From Paecilomyces variotii (taxonomy: Eukaryota), in assembly GCA_004022145.1 (NCBI GenBank), contig RCNU01000004.1: a DNA stretch of 64,000 nt; one strand, written 5' to 3'. Positions 37,317 through 50,666 of this stretch are shown here, in pieces. The translations under genes were made by a program, and so were the position numbers. Below the pieces are notes generated by a model, which was not told where the DNA came from, ran no database searches, and worked only from the letters and a program-made list of their open reading frames with translations. Numbering within the stretch: the stretch's first letter is position 1; every line of letters starts with the position of its first letter.

Positions 37317-40300
37317 GGTCTGATGGAGTGGACCTCCACTCAAGACGTAAAAAAAGGAAAAAAGTATCTGTGAATAACGATTTGGGAATATATAGAACCG
37401 GCGTCTGGTAGCCGGATTGTCAATACGGAGTATTTATGCTGTTTACACGAATTTAATCTTTCCTCAATGTTTCGCAGCCCATTAGTCCTTCCCGAATACT
37501 TCTGCGTATCTAATCGGTCCGAAGATAGCACGGATCATCCAACTCTTAAGTCCTCTTTTATAAACACAGATGATAGATCCCAGTTGGACCGTCAAGCCGC
37601 AATCTGATATGCCCTTAGATCCTAGCAAGTTCAGCCTCGCGGTGTGCAGGGATTAAGTACGAAGTTCGCATCTAGACCCAGATCCGATTGGCACTGCACA
37701 CCGAACGCAGTAAGCTCTGACTAACACATCCATCGCGGCAGGATAAATACGAACTGAAGTAGCAAGCAAGCACTAAACACAATCTATAGTGTTGCAGTAA
37801 TATAAAAATGAACATGAGATATCTATATTCTCTAGTTTGTGGTCTTCTTTCCCCCTTGGTAGGAATTTGAAACTAGCCTTAGGTACTTACTTATCGAGAC
37901 TTAACATTACCGCCACCAGCAGTTATCCGTCTATGTGTAACCCAGCCTTCAACCGCGTTAACCCTTGCCCTTGTCCATGTGGCATGCTCAAAGTTCTATG
38001 GTATATCTACCCCTCCCTCAACCCCGGGCTGGGGAAATAATGAATCCCCCCTTTCATTTATAGCCGGAGCCACGCGGAATCCCAGGGATCTGGACAACTC
38101 AGAAAGTACTTACCATGAGTTTGATTGGGTCGAACCCTGCTGGGCTTGAACGTGGTTTTCTTTATTGATCATCGATTTGCATACGAGAGTGCAGCTGATC
38201 TCGAGGTAGAGTAGGTGCTCAGCGAACACATGTTTTTGAGTGTCTGCTTGGGTGGCTTCTTTTCATGCGCTTGGATGACTAGAGTAAGTTACTACAAACT
38301 ATGTACGTAGGAGTTACTCATCTGCTCGTCGGGTTTGCGCTGGATCGGTATTAATAGAGTGAATTAACTAATATCTCCCAAATACAGTACGAAGGAATTC
38401 CACCGAAAAGCCGGAGATTTCCCTCGGTTCCGCATCAGATCAGGTGCCACGGGGCATGATCCTAGATAGGCTGTTTTCTCATGCGATGACTTTCTGATTG
38501 ATTCGACTCCACTGTAATAGTTCGTTGTCAAATGTGATTTCCTATACGTAGTATAGAGTCTGCAAATGCCATGTGGTCGGGGTATGTATGTACCTATGTA
38601 TGTACTATCTATTCTTTCTGCCTTAGTGTGCAGTAGTTACTTACTTATGTGGTGGTCAATTTAGACAGGAGGAGGGGGCACGGGTGAGTTGCCCAAATCT
38701 CCGCAAGGAGTTATTTTGGGTGGGATTTCCAAAATTCCGTGATCAAGCCACAGCGGTTAAGTTAGAACTTAAGTAGAAGTACATACATAATCTAATAATA
38801 CTAATAATAATATGCCGAGGAAAGAAGGAAAGGTATGAGATCTCTGTGGGGTTGATCTATGACGCGCGCGATAGCGGATGTGACAGGTCGCTTGTTTTGA
38901 CCCTTTGTATGTATGTACTGTACAGCTCGAAGCCGCCTCGAGTATGTATGTATGTATGTAATCGATGATGCCTAGACATCTTCTATGTAACTATATGCGC
39001 TTCCGCGCAGAAGATATCTACAACGTAAGGTAGGACCAGTTTAATCATGATTGATAGCTTTTTTTTTTCCAAACAAATGTTATTCCGTTCTTTGTGTCTG
39101 TGGAACTGTGGGTTTCAGCCATTTGATTGCCAAGACGTGTGGCAGTACTTTGCTCCTTGTTTGATCGCGTGGTGCTCGTGAAACGAGTCAGAAAGACCAA
39201 AGGGACGCCTGTCGTGCTAGGATAAGGGACAGTTATCCCCACAGGCGTAGAATTCCTTGGGAAGGATAGATAGTATTAGTATCTGGCTGAAGCCGGAAGC
39301 AGGGGGTGAAGAATAAGCATTTTGACACGTAACTATTATTATTATTGCGGCGCCTGACAAGTTGATATACTTGATAACTAACTAGGTACATAGTTAGATA
39401 ACTAGTTACGGTGTACTCCGTAGATAAATCGTAGTTACTTCGTAGACCAGTAGTATTTCCGCTCAGCCGGCTGTCATGTCCATGCTCTCGGAGGTTGCAC
39501 AACACGAACTGTGCACGGGCAAATTGGCCTGGGAGGTGCCAGCATCATCCATGGAATTCCTCAATACTAGGGTTACACGTCACGACCGGAGAATGGGTGT
39601 CAAGGCCTAGTGTTGTCGCTACGATCTGCAACGGCCGCGGCGCCGGGTCGAAGTCCGGACTCTGGAACTCCACAAGACAACCACGTAATAATAAGTTACC
39701 GATCATTATTATTTACCAGTTGGCTCGAGTAGATACTTCGTAACTAATAGATGCGAATATCATTCCCGTCAATAGTTGCTGGGAGAAACGGTCTCTCTGC
39801 ACGCACGGCCACTTTATTGATCCTGGCGGTGGGGTTAGATGCCGTCTAAGATTGTCGATGATAAACGTTGTTTTTGCCATTGGCATGATATCATACGTGG
39901 CTGATCAAGATCTACCATAGTCTAGAGTAGATTATGTCTATGTATCATTGTATGAAGCGACGTCAATAACTTATTCGAGGCCCTGCCAAGTAGCTTTCAA
40001 TCGACGAACTCATGATAACTATTGTGGGAATAAATGGACACTGATAACGAATAATTTGGAGACTCTTTTGTCACTTCTACGCTAGTTATCATGGGTATTA
40101 TTGATCCCAGCCGTAGCGTTGATTTTGCTATCTGTCCAAACTGATGCATGCTCGGGCCCTCGACAGGCATATCCAGTGGCGCCAGGCAAAGGACCACTGG
40201 GTGACTGGGGTGATATGTCGCAAATCTGCTCTGTGCCCACATTCCTCATTATCTATGGAGTAGTAGTTAGATAGTCTCCGTCTATCAGCATTAATAGGTC

Positions 40301-40550
40301 AGGTGTCAAACGGCACTGTTCTCGTAGAGTCCGGAGAACGGAGTATACTCCAGAGTATTGTACGACCTTGCTTAATTTCGGTATGAGTTGCTCTTCCTCA
40401 ATTGGCGGGTAGTTTGAGCGTAAATGGACCGCCCGCACTGGGAATATGTGTTGACCAATAAATCCGACTATACAACCAGTAGTGAGCGATGATCGTCACG
40501 CTAGACCATGTGTCAGGACTCAGGACTCAGGAAAAGTCCAATCCCAGGAC

Positions 40551-41034
40551 ACAGGTCACCTCACCTCGTCGGTCATGTGATTCTCACCTCGCACGGACCC
40601 TTTTAGAGCCCACCTCACCTCGTTAAATTCTAATCCCACCTCGTCCCCTAGTTATCCTCTCCGGGGGGAGACTATAGTTAAAGGTCTTACCTAGGAAGGG
40701 GGTCGCTCCGGGTCCCCAGCTTATATTGGTCGGTGAGCTTGTATCCTATAATCCCAAATATCCTTCCCGGGCTTTAACACCCGCCCGGTGAGATCTTTAC
40801 CGGGAATAAAACCCCTTTTAACTATTATACTTACCCGGAGCGAAGGGGATTGCTCCGGGTAAGACATTTAACTATACTTAACAGGAATGACCCCCGGGAA
40901 CGGCACAGTGGCTAGTCATGTGACCTTACCTGGGAGGGATTATTATAACGAGGTGAGGTGGGCTTACAAGGCTTGGCGCTTTTTTAGTCCGTGCGAGGTG
41001 AGGATCACATGACTGACGAGGTGAGCTGACATGT
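40551..41034. mobile_element. Non-autonomous MITE-like DNA transposon remnant (~480 bp), probably Tc1/mariner-pogo superfamily
   Basis: 48-bp terminal inverted repeats at 40551-40598 and 40987-41034 (44/48 matches); a perfect 19-bp subterminal IR at 40607-40625 and 40946-40964; repeated TCACCTCG subunits. TA at the right end and CA at the left end suggest a decayed TA target duplication. No ORF. Confidence 0.8.
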
Positions 41035-43810
41035 AGTCACAGTCCAATCCTCCGTAGCTGCACCCAATTTTGGGGTTCATGGTGGGCCGGTTCACTCACT
41101 GACATCCGCAACCGGACACGCATCGAGGATCGAGGTTCTCCCTTGTCTCTTCCGCGGGAAAAATGGTGGCAGCAAACTGGGTCAGAACTTGAGTAGTACT
41201 GACATTTTCCGGAGAAAACTAATCGTTCATTCGGTAAATAATACACGCAATACAATACAATTTACATTGTAACCCTGGTGGGCTATGGTCCCCAGCGAAG
41301 GGATGACACAGTTACCATGCAAACCCGCCATGCGCCTGTTCCCGGCTAGGGAGGATACTTGCTGTTGGAAGCAAGGAGCACAGGGATGCTCAGAGGTCGA
41401 AGATCCTTGGAGATGATCTCTGAGAAGCGCCACGTGAAGTAGGTCACATCCAGATCCTGCATGCTAGACACTCCGCGTGTTGTCGGCCCTGGGGCCGTCC
41501 GTTTCGCCACGGCTTCCAAGTTCCGACACAGACCGGGGGAGTAAAAAAGGCCTCCAAGGCCAGGGTGCCTGGCTGTGACACGCTGCGATCTGAAGACGGA
41601 GGCAAGACCGCTGTTCCGGGAGAGGCCAGGCGGTTAAGTTAGGATCGATCGTCGCGGCCCCAACGTTGTCGTTTGGGTAAGATCCTCCAAATGCCGAAAT
41701 TCTTCAGCACGGGGTCCGAGGAACCTGGTTGGTATCCGCGCGAAGAGAGACGAACGAGACGATATCATTTGCAGCCCTGCCGGATTAACATTTAGAGAAG
41801 CTCCACTTCCCTCTTTCGCACATGGAGTCCATGTTGATGTGAAGGTCCATGTTGCTCTCCCGGATCCTGGCGACTTCGCCGCCGAGCCATGCTGACCCCA
41901 TATGGACGAGCATGGGCTAGTTTCGCGCCTGTGGTCGTCCGCCATTCGCGCACGATTTCTTCCCTCTTCTTTTCAGAGACATCAAGCTAGGAATTCAGCG
42001 CCAGATCGACATCACGCTTGCCTAACCAGGTTATCTACACTGCCCCGTGAAGGCAGGTCGGTGTTCTCTGCATGCTGCACCGTGCAGATAGCTGTCTTCC
42101 GTCCGGACACAGGCAGCCGGCGCCCCTCTCTTGCTGATCCATTAGAACGCTAGATAATCATCGCGTGCTCAGAGTAGCCCACTGTTTAAAGCAGCTGGCC
42201 ACGCATTGGGGCTGGACAAGAAAAAGAACAGCTGTCGGGGACCATGACTATCGTCTAAAGACTCTAGTCTGCTTAGTCCGTAGTAGTATCCCAGACTGCC
42301 AGTTGTCAGCCGGAGTTCGTAGGGAAGAAAAAAGAAATTTAAATTATTTACCAGCATTAGCCCAGAAGTCTGACAGGGAGACCCAAAAAAAGTCAGTTCA
42401 AGCCTCAAGGTTACCCCCAGACACGACCTCGTGGTTTTACGAGGCCGGGCGGATTTGCGCGCAGTAGTGCACATCAACCCGTTGCTTGGCCGCGGTCCCG
42501 TCATCTGGGATCCCTTCTGAGCCGTGCTGAGGATCTCTTCTCCCTGAGCAGGAGAGGATCGGTGGGCAAAGATGATAATAGGCAACGAGGCTGAACAGAG
42601 AGAACAGTATTCACAGTAGAGATGTAGCACCCATCCGATAATTATAACGAAGCCCTGGATGTCACTAGATAGCTGGAATTGTGGCTCAGGTATATCCACT
42701 GTACAATACTGTACACGACTTGTGGACGCGGATTGTATGGAGTGAGTGCTGTGCGTCCTTGGGAAGTAGTAGTAGTTGTTGTTGCTGAGAGGGCGGTCGC
42801 CGCCTCCGGTCTCACCAAGTAGTCCACGACTATCCATTCCCCCTCGTACTCCTGCTTTGACTCCCTCTTTTCTTTCTATCTCTCTCTCGTCGGACTTTAA
42901 TTAATTACTGCCATGCTTCAGACTTCTGCTTAGGGGCACCGCTGTCGCACCTAGCCTGAACGTTATTCTATCGTAGCTCCCGCTAGACTCCCACGCGCCC
43001 TTGGCCCGTCCGTTTCGCTCAGCTCCTCAACCCCGTCCCTTCAGACCACCAGATCCTACGTTCTCCCCTGGCCTTGCACTCTGCGACTTGCCTCTGTTCG
43101 ACAGTCCTGCCCCGACTCAGGTCTATCAGTGCACATTCCCAACGGACGCTACTACTGGGCCCGGGCTCTCTCAATTGCGATTCTTCCTGCGACCGGCTGT
43201 ACTGAAGCTGGCTCGCGTCCATCATCGCGGATAGGTACTTCCCCCTCTATCATCTGTCCCGCAGGAGATCAAGTTGGACAATGTCTTGACTCTCGCTTCA
43301 AGTCTTTGGACCTTCCGCCGTCTGCAGATCGCATACTGACATGCAGGATTAGGTCCTTGCCCTGCACTGCGAGCTGCCTTGACCGCACCCTCGGACACTA
43401 TCACGCCTAATCTTTTCCGTCTTCAGGGAGCGTTATACAGTCGACAAGATTCCCCGCCCTCATCGCATTCTCAGGCTCTAGTCCTGCTGCGTACCGGCAA
43501 ATCGAGTGCCCTCCGGATCTGACACTGTTCCGGTTTGGCTTTCGCTACCTAGTTCTTGGTAACATTTGGACCTTGGCCCTTGCCTTGTTTTTGACGTCTG
43601 GATATAAGAACCGTCCTGGACTTGGGATTCAGTCTGAGATAGTCGCGCCAGGGATAGTGCAATCAGTGGATGAGCGCAAGATATTGCGAAAGAGTCCGTT
43701 TCAACTATTGCAGGTCCGGAAACATGAGATAGCGCGAACTCTGGGGTAGCACTCTCTACAGCGCATTTCTGGAACAGCTTCCCCAATATCTCCCTAAAAC
43801 TTGATCATCA

Positions 43811-45471
<1,661 letters not shown>

Positions 45472-47021
45472 CACGATATTCTCTCATTGACTTTATAGAG
45501 GTCTCCTCTAATCGCTGCGGCCACTGCCTGTTTTTCGTCTGCCATCTCAGCCTCATTTTAGTGTACTCCTGCATCAGGATATAATACCTGTTCGGAGTCC
45601 TGCTATTGCATTCTTAGCCTCCATTCGATCCGAGCATCATCTTGGGGCTAGTTCAGGATTGTCTCATGTGCGTTCTTTTGCGAGTTCGTGGAATATTTCT
45701 CTGCATTGGGGGCGAGGGCCATGTTCCGGGGGGGCAAGATCTTCGGACCGGTCCACCATCTATTTCTCATTTATTTTTTATTTTTCATCTTCATTGGGCT
45801 TACCGGGGTTTCTGGGCTGGTCGAGGAGTTTAGTGCTCTCACTGATGTACCAAAAGCGTGATTGGGGTGTATCTGGTGTCCTTTGATATCCTTCTGAATT
45901 ACCATGCTCTGTCGTGTATATGAAAACTAGCGGTGCCGTAGTAGACGGCGTGCATTTTGCACCTCCAGTTGTTGAAAGTCTCTCAGCATTCTGATTCTGA
46001 GACCAAGTATGCTCGCTTGGTAAACGAAATAGCAATATGAACGAATCTCCGTTTAGCAAGTCTGACTTACGGGATTTTCTCTGCTCAGAACATTTTGCTG
46101 CTCTCTCATAACGTCGTTTCTATTTACGAGCAGACACCTAGACTAGGATCTGGTGGAGATGTGGCTCGTGGCGATTGATCTATAATTATTCGTGTAGGCG
46201 CTGGCTAGTATCAAGTGTCGCCCGTGACTTCGTATGTACATGGTCTGATTGGCGACCCGTTACTCTTCTCTCCAGGAAATCTCCCGTGTCCCTGGCCCCA
46301 ACAGAACAACCACTGGCCCGGCGCTTAGAGACCAGCAGAGTCTTGCTGTCCACTGGATATACAGGATGGCTTGAAACTATTTCAAACAGGCTTCTAATTG
46401 GAGAAGCTGTATGCCTCGGCGCCAAGTGAGGTTATGCGAATGGACAGGTTACGGCATCAATTCTGAGGGACTGGAGAGTGTCTCCAATCAAGAGCCCCAT
46501 GCCTCTATTCAACGACCTCATCTACCAGGAACGGAGCGACTAATTGGAAGCCAGACCATCACGGGTCGCGAATCGAAATGAGTGGTCATTATCTAGGCAG
46601 GCCCGCGACATGGCAGGGTCCTCCATGCGTGCGTCTTGTATGCTTCTGCACCTTTCTTTCATCCGAGCTGCCTGGTTATTGACGCTTTTCATTCACTCAA
46701 CTGCCTTTCTCACACAAAAACCATTGTCATATTGTCGAAGCATTTCCTTTGTCTGATCGTATTGTTTTGTGGTATTCAATGTCTTCTCAGTCGTCTTGAA
46801 CATTATAGACTCGCCTTGCTCTCTTTTTTGCCACGCAGCAAATTAATCCTTGTTTCTATATCTAGATGATGATATTCTTTGTATCTTAGAGCTTGCTTTT
46901 CCTTTCACTAACATTGCTTCTCCTTCGATAGCATAATACTCGTGCACCGGTACGTCCATCGCTCCCCTCCAAACAAGCACCAGCATCTGACATTGATTAA
47001 TCCGGTCCTACAGACAGCTCA

Positions 47022-50000
47022 ATGGCTTCCAACGTCCAGATTAACCAGTCTTCTCTCCGACCTCCTGCAGTCCCCAACTTTCCTCTTTCCTCTCCGATAA
47101 CAGAGGAAGTATCGAGCCTGAGCTGTTCCTCGGGGGACATGGACATGGAAAAAAGTAAAACAATTGAATCTCACGTCCGACGCCATATCGCAGCCTCGCA
47201 CAATGTCGCAGAGGACATGGGAAATCAAACCGATACGGCTCTGGGGATGTATCTCGATCCTTCCAGTGCCGAACATGTTCGACGCAGGCCTTCCACAGAA
47301 AAGCAATATAAATCGAACCGAAGACAGAGTATTCACGGCATTGTTAAGAAGCAGAAACCGACAGGTCTTAGCTTGATCACAGATTTCTCAAGGACAGAGT
47401 CCAGCAAACGAAAAGAGGAGCCTCCAGCGCCCTTCGTGGACCTTAATGACTTGAAGTTGCTATCGAAAACTAGGGAGAAACAAAGGTCTGCGAAGAAGAT
47501 AAAGCACATTTTGCGGAGGGTGCCTCATGCGGGATATCATGAGCTTGAAGGTGGATCTTCTGAACCACAGCCACTCCAGCACCAATTGACCAGCCAAAAT
47601 GGCACTGGGCAGACAAATTCTGTTCAAGGGCCCCATGGTCTGTCGCCATCGGATAGGCCGATCGTCATTGGGATGCAGTTTCCGTATGATGCCGAAAGAA
47701 ATAAGGAGGACGGGGTCAACATACTGTTGTCTAAAGAGCCGGAAAGCGCTCAGAGCCAGGCTACGCCAATTACACCATCTATAATAGTCACACCTGCTAC
47801 TGAGGATCCAGATTGGGTAACTGATACCACCGGACCTCGTCACCCTCGCCCGACATCCAGCATTTACTCGGACCACACGCTACACGCTTCCAGGAGAGAA
47901 ATTGATATTCCTCCAGTACCTGCGATTCCAGAGCAACATAGAACTGAGAAGCTTACCAAGGAGAACTCTCTAGTGTCGTCTTCGGATCCCACAGTTTCAC
48001 AGAGCAAACAGCGACCGTTTTCATCCGGAACGGTGTTTGAGGAGGACGAAAGCCCGGGGCCTACTAGCGGTGGACAATCCTTGGCTAGAGACACAATACT
48101 CCATCGCTTGAGTATCAACACGGATACAAACAGACACCAGTCGCAAGGATGGTGGACGTATCTACTTTCTCCTCTTCTAAGCAGGTCCAGCACCATGATG
48201 ACTCGAAAGAGGACTCCCGATACGGAGCGGCCTTCTATGCCATCAGCCTCTGCAGCATCAGTCACTTCTACAAATTCAAGTGAGAAATGGTGGGAGAAAA
48301 CCAGCTTTTCTCCAGAAACACCGAAGACATCTACCACCAGACAGAGCGCCGTGACGACGTGGTCCAACATTGGGGAACGATCTTTAGCCGAAAAGGATGA
48401 AAGCAATGATCCGTTTACCGACTTCAGCCAATGCTTTGCAACGGATTCTTTCTTTGACACCGGCGGTCGAATAGCGGGCTCCGCTGCTGAGTACTACCAA
48501 GCTTGCGCAAGTGAACTGCTAAGCAGAACACCATATTTCGAATGTGTCAATCATGTGTGCTCGGTTACTCCCAGAGACCGAGCAGTGGTCGTGGACAGCC
48601 CGGAAATTACTGCAGATAGCGATCATGACCATATTGTGGTTAATCCGAATAACCCATTCACCACTGGCAACACAGGATCTAACCGTGAACGCTCGGACTC
48701 TGAATCAACGATCATCGAGGAAGGATCTGTTGCTTCACCCAGCGAAAATTCGGCTCGAGTTCGCAGCGTTGAGTCGCCAGTTCGTGGGGTCAGATCTGAA
48801 ACGTCCCCCGTCGCATCTAGGCGTGAGTCATTTGCGGGGAGATCGAGACCACCAGCACAACCTTCAGAAGCGCCTTTTGAGTCACGAAGCGCGGAGAGTG
48901 ACCATACAGATGCAGCAAATCCTCCACCATATTCACATTTCGAGACGGGGAGGTCCTTCCCCCGTTACAGGGCGGTCTTCCCACCAGCGCGCCCTGCCCA
49001 ACCAGAGTCCCCGGATCCAATATCTCCAGGATTTCAAGAGACGATGGTGAGCAGAGGATCGCTGCCGATGGCTGATATAGAACAACCGCGCCAACCTCTG
49101 CCAGCATATAATTCGGATACTCGCTCCGTTGGGTTGCCTCCTCGTCCAGGTCTTCCAGTTACGATAGCCGACATGGGCCACCCCAGTACTGCACAGAACG
49201 AAGCAGAAACTCGACGAAGGAGACTGGAGAAGGAGGATGCTATTGGTAGGAAAGTCGGAGGTCTCTGGCGCGGTAGGGGTCCCTTTAGCAAGAAAGGCTG
49301 TTTTGGAAGACCGGGCCGTGAGGGAAGAGTGAGACGCAGGTGGTACATCGGGCTTGGGGCCATCTTCCTCCTTATAGTTGTCCTCGCGATTGCACTAGCC
49401 ACGACGCTCACGAGGAAGGGTGACGATACTCCTGTTCAGTCTCAGTGGCTTAATCTAACGGGATATCCGCCGATGCCAACGGGTATCTCCACCATTGCGG
49501 GCCCCGAAGCTCATGTGGAGAATACGGGGTGCGTCCATCCATCGACAATGTGGAGCTGTGCGCTCCCCAAAGAGCAACATGCGATGAACAGTCCGTATAG
49601 CGCAGACGAACCGAATTTCAGAGTTCAGATCAGGTTCCACAATGGCACCTACGGCAATTCGACTACGGTTGCGTCGAAATCTACACGGACTGCGAAGAGG
49701 TCCATTCCGGGCTCAAACGTAGCAGTTCGTTCAGTCTGGAAACGACTGCTTCGACCGAGAGATCTCTTTGCTGAGAATCTCTTCGATCCCTCGCCGGCAG
49801 CTCCTAGCATCAAGGATCAGATATTTCTGGGAAATACCACGGATAACAATACGGTCCCTTATGCTGGAGAAGAGACGCCTTTTTTCATCACCATCTTGTC
49901 ACCGGCTAAAGTTTCAGCGTCACGTCTCACCCGACGGGCGGATGACAACGCCTTTCCGAATCTTACTTCAGTTATTCCAGGTCCTGACATTGCTAGTGAC

Positions 50001-50666
50001 GGGACTGCAGCGGCAGCTAATCTTTATCCGTTACCTGTATCTCAGCCCATCCGCTTATACAACCGCGGTTTGCCAAGTGAGCATTACGGCTTCTATACGT
50101 ACTTTGATCGATCCATATTTCTGAAATCCACCGCTCCTCTGAATGACAGCGACACTGGAGAAGTTCCTGATGACGAGGACGGTGGATCGACGAAATCTGA
50201 GGCCCACGTCCGATGTACGTGGTCACAGACGCGTTTTCTGGTTCAAATCTGGACGCAGCCAGATCGCTCCAGTATGACACTTATTGGAAATTCAAGTACC
50301 AAGGCTTCTGCCGCTTCGTCGCGGGCGACGGACTCAGGCGATGCGCAAAACGTGACCAGTTCCTCTGCGGACGATTTCACGCGCCCCGGTTCCTTTCCTT
50401 ACCCAGTAACCATCACCTTGGATCGCCATGGAGGCAACACCAAGGAGAAGATGGTCTACTGCTATGGCATGGACGATCGGGAACGCATCATCCCAACGGA
50501 TAAAAAGCTTCAGCTGGAATTTCGCGGGTTTGGAGGGACGTTGATCAATCCAGCTCCGGGGATATTCAATATCACCAATGACAGTGACTCCGATTCTTTG
50601 GTGGGCATAGACGGGGGCACAGGAGGCTGCTCGTGCCAGTGGAGGAACTGGATTCAGACCTTGTAG
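47022..50666 (+). CDS. Large single-pass (type II-like) fungal membrane protein, 1214 aa, function unknown
   Basis: Intronless ORF with a long disordered S/P-rich N-terminus, RRRWYIGLGAIFLLIVVLAIALA transmembrane helix and a Cys-containing, N-glycosylation-rich C-terminal domain. Confidence 0.85.
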   Translation: MASNVQINQSSLRPPAVPNFPLSSPITEEVSSLSCSSGDMDMEKSKTIESHVRRHIAASHNVAEDMGNQTDTALGMYLDPSSAEHVRRRPSTEKQYKSNRRQSIHGIVKKQKPTGLSLITDFSRTESSKRKEEPPAPFVDLNDLKLLSKTREKQRSAKKIKHILRRVPHAGYHELEGGSSEPQPLQHQLTSQNGTGQTNSVQGPHGLSPSDRPIVIGMQFPYDAERNKEDGVNILLSKEPESAQSQATPITPSIIVTPATEDPDWVTDTTGPRHPRPTSSIYSDHTLHASRREIDIPPVPAIPEQHRTEKLTKENSLVSSSDPTVSQSKQRPFSSGTVFEEDESPGPTSGGQSLARDTILHRLSINTDTNRHQSQGWWTYLLSPLLSRSSTMMTRKRTPDTERPSMPSASAASVTSTNSSEKWWEKTSFSPETPKTSTTRQSAVTTWSNIGERSLAEKDESNDPFTDFSQCFATDSFFDTGGRIAGSAAEYYQACASELLSRTPYFECVNHVCSVTPRDRAVVVDSPEITADSDHDHIVVNPNNPFTTGNTGSNRERSDSESTIIEEGSVASPSENSARVRSVESPVRGVRSETSPVASRRESFAGRSRPPAQPSEAPFESRSAESDHTDAANPPPYSHFETGRSFPRYRAVFPPARPAQPESPDPISPGFQETMVSRGSLPMADIEQPRQPLPAYNSDTRSVGLPPRPGLPVTIADMGHPSTAQNEAETRRRRLEKEDAIGRKVGGLWRGRGPFSKKGCFGRPGREGRVRRRWYIGLGAIFLLIVVLAIALATTLTRKGDDTPVQSQWLNLTGYPPMPTGISTIAGPEAHVENTGCVHPSTMWSCALPKEQHAMNSPYSADEPNFRVQIRFHNGTYGNSTTVASKSTRTAKRSIPGSNVAVRSVWKRLLRPRDLFAENLFDPSPAAPSIKDQIFLGNTTDNNTVPYAGEETPFFITILSPAKVSASRLTRRADDNAFPNLTSVIPGPDIASDGTAAAANLYPLPVSQPIRLYNRGLPSEHYGFYTYFDRSIFLKSTAPLNDSDTGEVPDDEDGGSTKSEAHVRCTWSQTRFLVQIWTQPDRSSMTLIGNSSTKASAASSRATDSGDAQNVTSSSADDFTRPGSFPYPVTITLDRHGGNTKEKMVYCYGMDDRERIIPTDKKLQLEFRGFGGTLINPAPGIFNITNDSDSDSLVGIDGGTGGCSCQWRNWIQTL

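Noticed and set aside
40827..40863. ATACTTACC resembling the 5' end of U1 snRNA
   Set aside because: No U1 stem-loops or Sm site follow; it is one arm of the MITE's internal hairpin.
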